In this document: piece by piece, positions 62,066 through 64,000 of the stretch
Numbering within the stretch: the first letter of the stretch is position 1
Layout: every line of letters begins with the position of its first letter
NCBI GenBank assembly: GCA_028534125.1
Contig: CM052817.1
Coordinates: forward strand, 67,458,001-67,522,000
DNA: 64,000 nucleotides
Direction: 5' to 3'
Source: Lama glama
Taxonomy: Eukaryota
The notes under the pieces: generated by a model
Told to the model about the DNA's origin: nothing
The model's database searches: none
Seen by the model: only the letters and a program-made list of their open reading frames with translations
Program-made: the position numbers and the translations under genes

Positions 62066-64000
62066 TGGACCGCAGTTCTTTTAACAGCATCTAAAGCACG
62101 TGAATTGCATGCTGAGTGAAGAGAAGAGGTGGGGGATACAGTCTGAAGGGTCAGAACCAGGACTATCACTTGTCATCCTATTGTTGCAGAATATCTGTGA
62201 AAGTGATCCCCTTAGGTAAAGAGAAGCAGGGCTGGGGAGATGATGGTTTTCTTGGCAGATGACCGTCTTAAGAGAATGGGCTAAATTGATAATTAAATAA
62301 AGCTGATGCTAAAAAGATCTGCTGGGCTTGGGGTGCAGTGAGGAGAGTGGACAGAGACACAGAGTAGGAGAGGGAGAGAGCAAAACAAGATTAATAATGA
62401 GAAAGAATTCTGAGGTTTTCTGTTCAAGGAATAGGGTGAGTGAAGTGGAAAACTCAGGTGAACAGAAAACAATTATTTTAAGTTGAAAGCAATGGTAAAC
62501 ATGATTTTTGGAGTAAAGTTCTCTGGGCTCTTTAATGACCTTAACTGGCTCCACTCCTTGTTTTGCATCAGTCACAGATAATACTCTGTGAGCCAAATTT
62601 TAATCAGTTGCTACAAAAGGAGGTGTCTTAACTATGTTTTAGCTAATTTGTTTCCTTATCAGTTATTTCTGTACCAGGGCTCCACAGGACATACAGTAAG
62701 TCTATTAAGTCTGCAGCGGTCTTAGGATGTGAGAATTTGTGGCATATTAAAACTGTCTCCTAAATGCCAGATCTGATTTTCGATCTTTGTTACATTTCGT
62801 TTTTATTACCCCATGCAGAATATTGCCCTTATTCTGTGAATGAGCATCTGAAATTAGGGGAAGACCATGAGATGGTGGAGAGGGACATTTTGAAGAGGAA
62901 ATTAACTTAATCCTTAAGAGGAAATATGCCATATACTATGAATGAAAATACATCATTCCATTTATCCTCCTTATTCAGGAAAGGGGGCATTATGTCTGCA
63001 GCTCGCTTCTCAATACGAAAAAGGAGGAGAAGGAAAAATAAAATCATAATAGTTAATGTTAAACTCTCATATTTCTTATAATTCATCTAAAAAATGTTGA
63101 ATTGGAGGTAGAAATAAATAGGAAGTCCCCAAACAAGACTCCCAAAAGAGCCCTTTCTTGAGACCAAATAATCCTTTGATATTCACAATCTAGATTATAG
63201 TAGAATATAATCCAATAACCACAAGAAATATATTACTAACAGGAAACAAAGCAACAGCAAAATCTCACTTTTAAATGTTTTTGAGGATTACTAAGGAGTT
63301 GACAGAAATTAATGCATTCATTTTCACAGCTTCCTGGAAGTAAATTTAAACAAAAAAGATTAGTTAAAAAGGCTAGCATCTGTTAAGAGCTTACCATGTG
63401 CTAACCTCTACACTCAGTGTATTGCCCTGACGCTTTACAAATCACCATAATCCATCCTTGGAACAGACCTAAAGAGGCAATATTTCAAGGTATTTATATT
63501 AAAAACCCAACATCTAAATTCCTTGATAGGATATCCAAGCACCACACTTCACTGTACTTCCTGAGTAGCGAATTCATCTACGTGTTAAATTCTACAGCTT
63601 TACCATGACACATCAATTTAATGTCTGAAGGGAGATTTAGTTTTGGCTAATGCCTTAAAGATGTTTAAGAGCAAAACTATGCTCTTTTATAAGGAGAAAA
63701 ACTTTGAATTTAATGTAGTTAAATATTCGAAGTATTTTTGGCAAAGCCCCTAACATTAAGGGTACTGTTGCACAGATTGGAAATTAGCTGAGATTTAAAA
63801 AATAAAGAATAATTAATTACAGACCTTTATTACTTAACTTGGACTGGGACAATTTTTATTTAATAATGTATTAACAAATTAACTGGAGGGAGCTCTTGAG
63901 TTCCAGATAGCACTAGGCTTTTCCAGTCAGTGAAGAGAAAATGGATGGGAGTATGTTATGGTAAGATAACCTGAGACTGTGAGATGCCATAAAAATGGTA

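Noticed and set aside
1..64000. The many 60-170 aa ORFs in the six-frame track as genes
   Set aside because: Many lie in repeats or low-complexity DNA, many start at non-ATG codons, and I recognise no family. The L1 ORF2 fragment is the only confident protein match.
1..64000. CRISPR array, operon or other prokaryotic-type system
   Set aside because: The sequence is mammalian, with no repeat-spacer array and no gene-dense region.

Overview
This is AT-rich mammalian genomic DNA, most likely camelid. Three copies of a tRNA-derived SINE with the AAATAAATAAACCTAATTACCTCCCC-type tail match what I know of the camelid Vic-1 SINE, and there are cetartiodactyl-type L1 3' ends. The window is intergenic or intronic, and a large part of it is transposable-element relics (L1, L2, MIR, MaLR/ERVL LTRs, CR1/L3). 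I recognise no protein-coding gene. The only listed ORF I can place with confidence is an L1 ORF2 fragment at 40777-41292. A CpG-rich promoter-like region lies at about 5.0-6.2 kb, and several non-repeat blocks carry clustered transcription-factor motifs. The most notable structures are: a 19-bp inverted repeat with alternative stems at 39.4-39.5 kb; an old ~160-bp direct duplication carrying a palindromic steroid-response element at 57.4-58.1 kb; paired GGATTAAG sites plus a TATA box at 30.0 kb; a twin-primed 5'-inverted L1 with target-site duplications (TSDs); and a possible minus-strand spliced transcript at 54.5-61.7 kb. I cannot support a new biological system from sequence alone. Repeat subfamily names come from memory of consensus sequences, and old-repeat boundaries are approximate.
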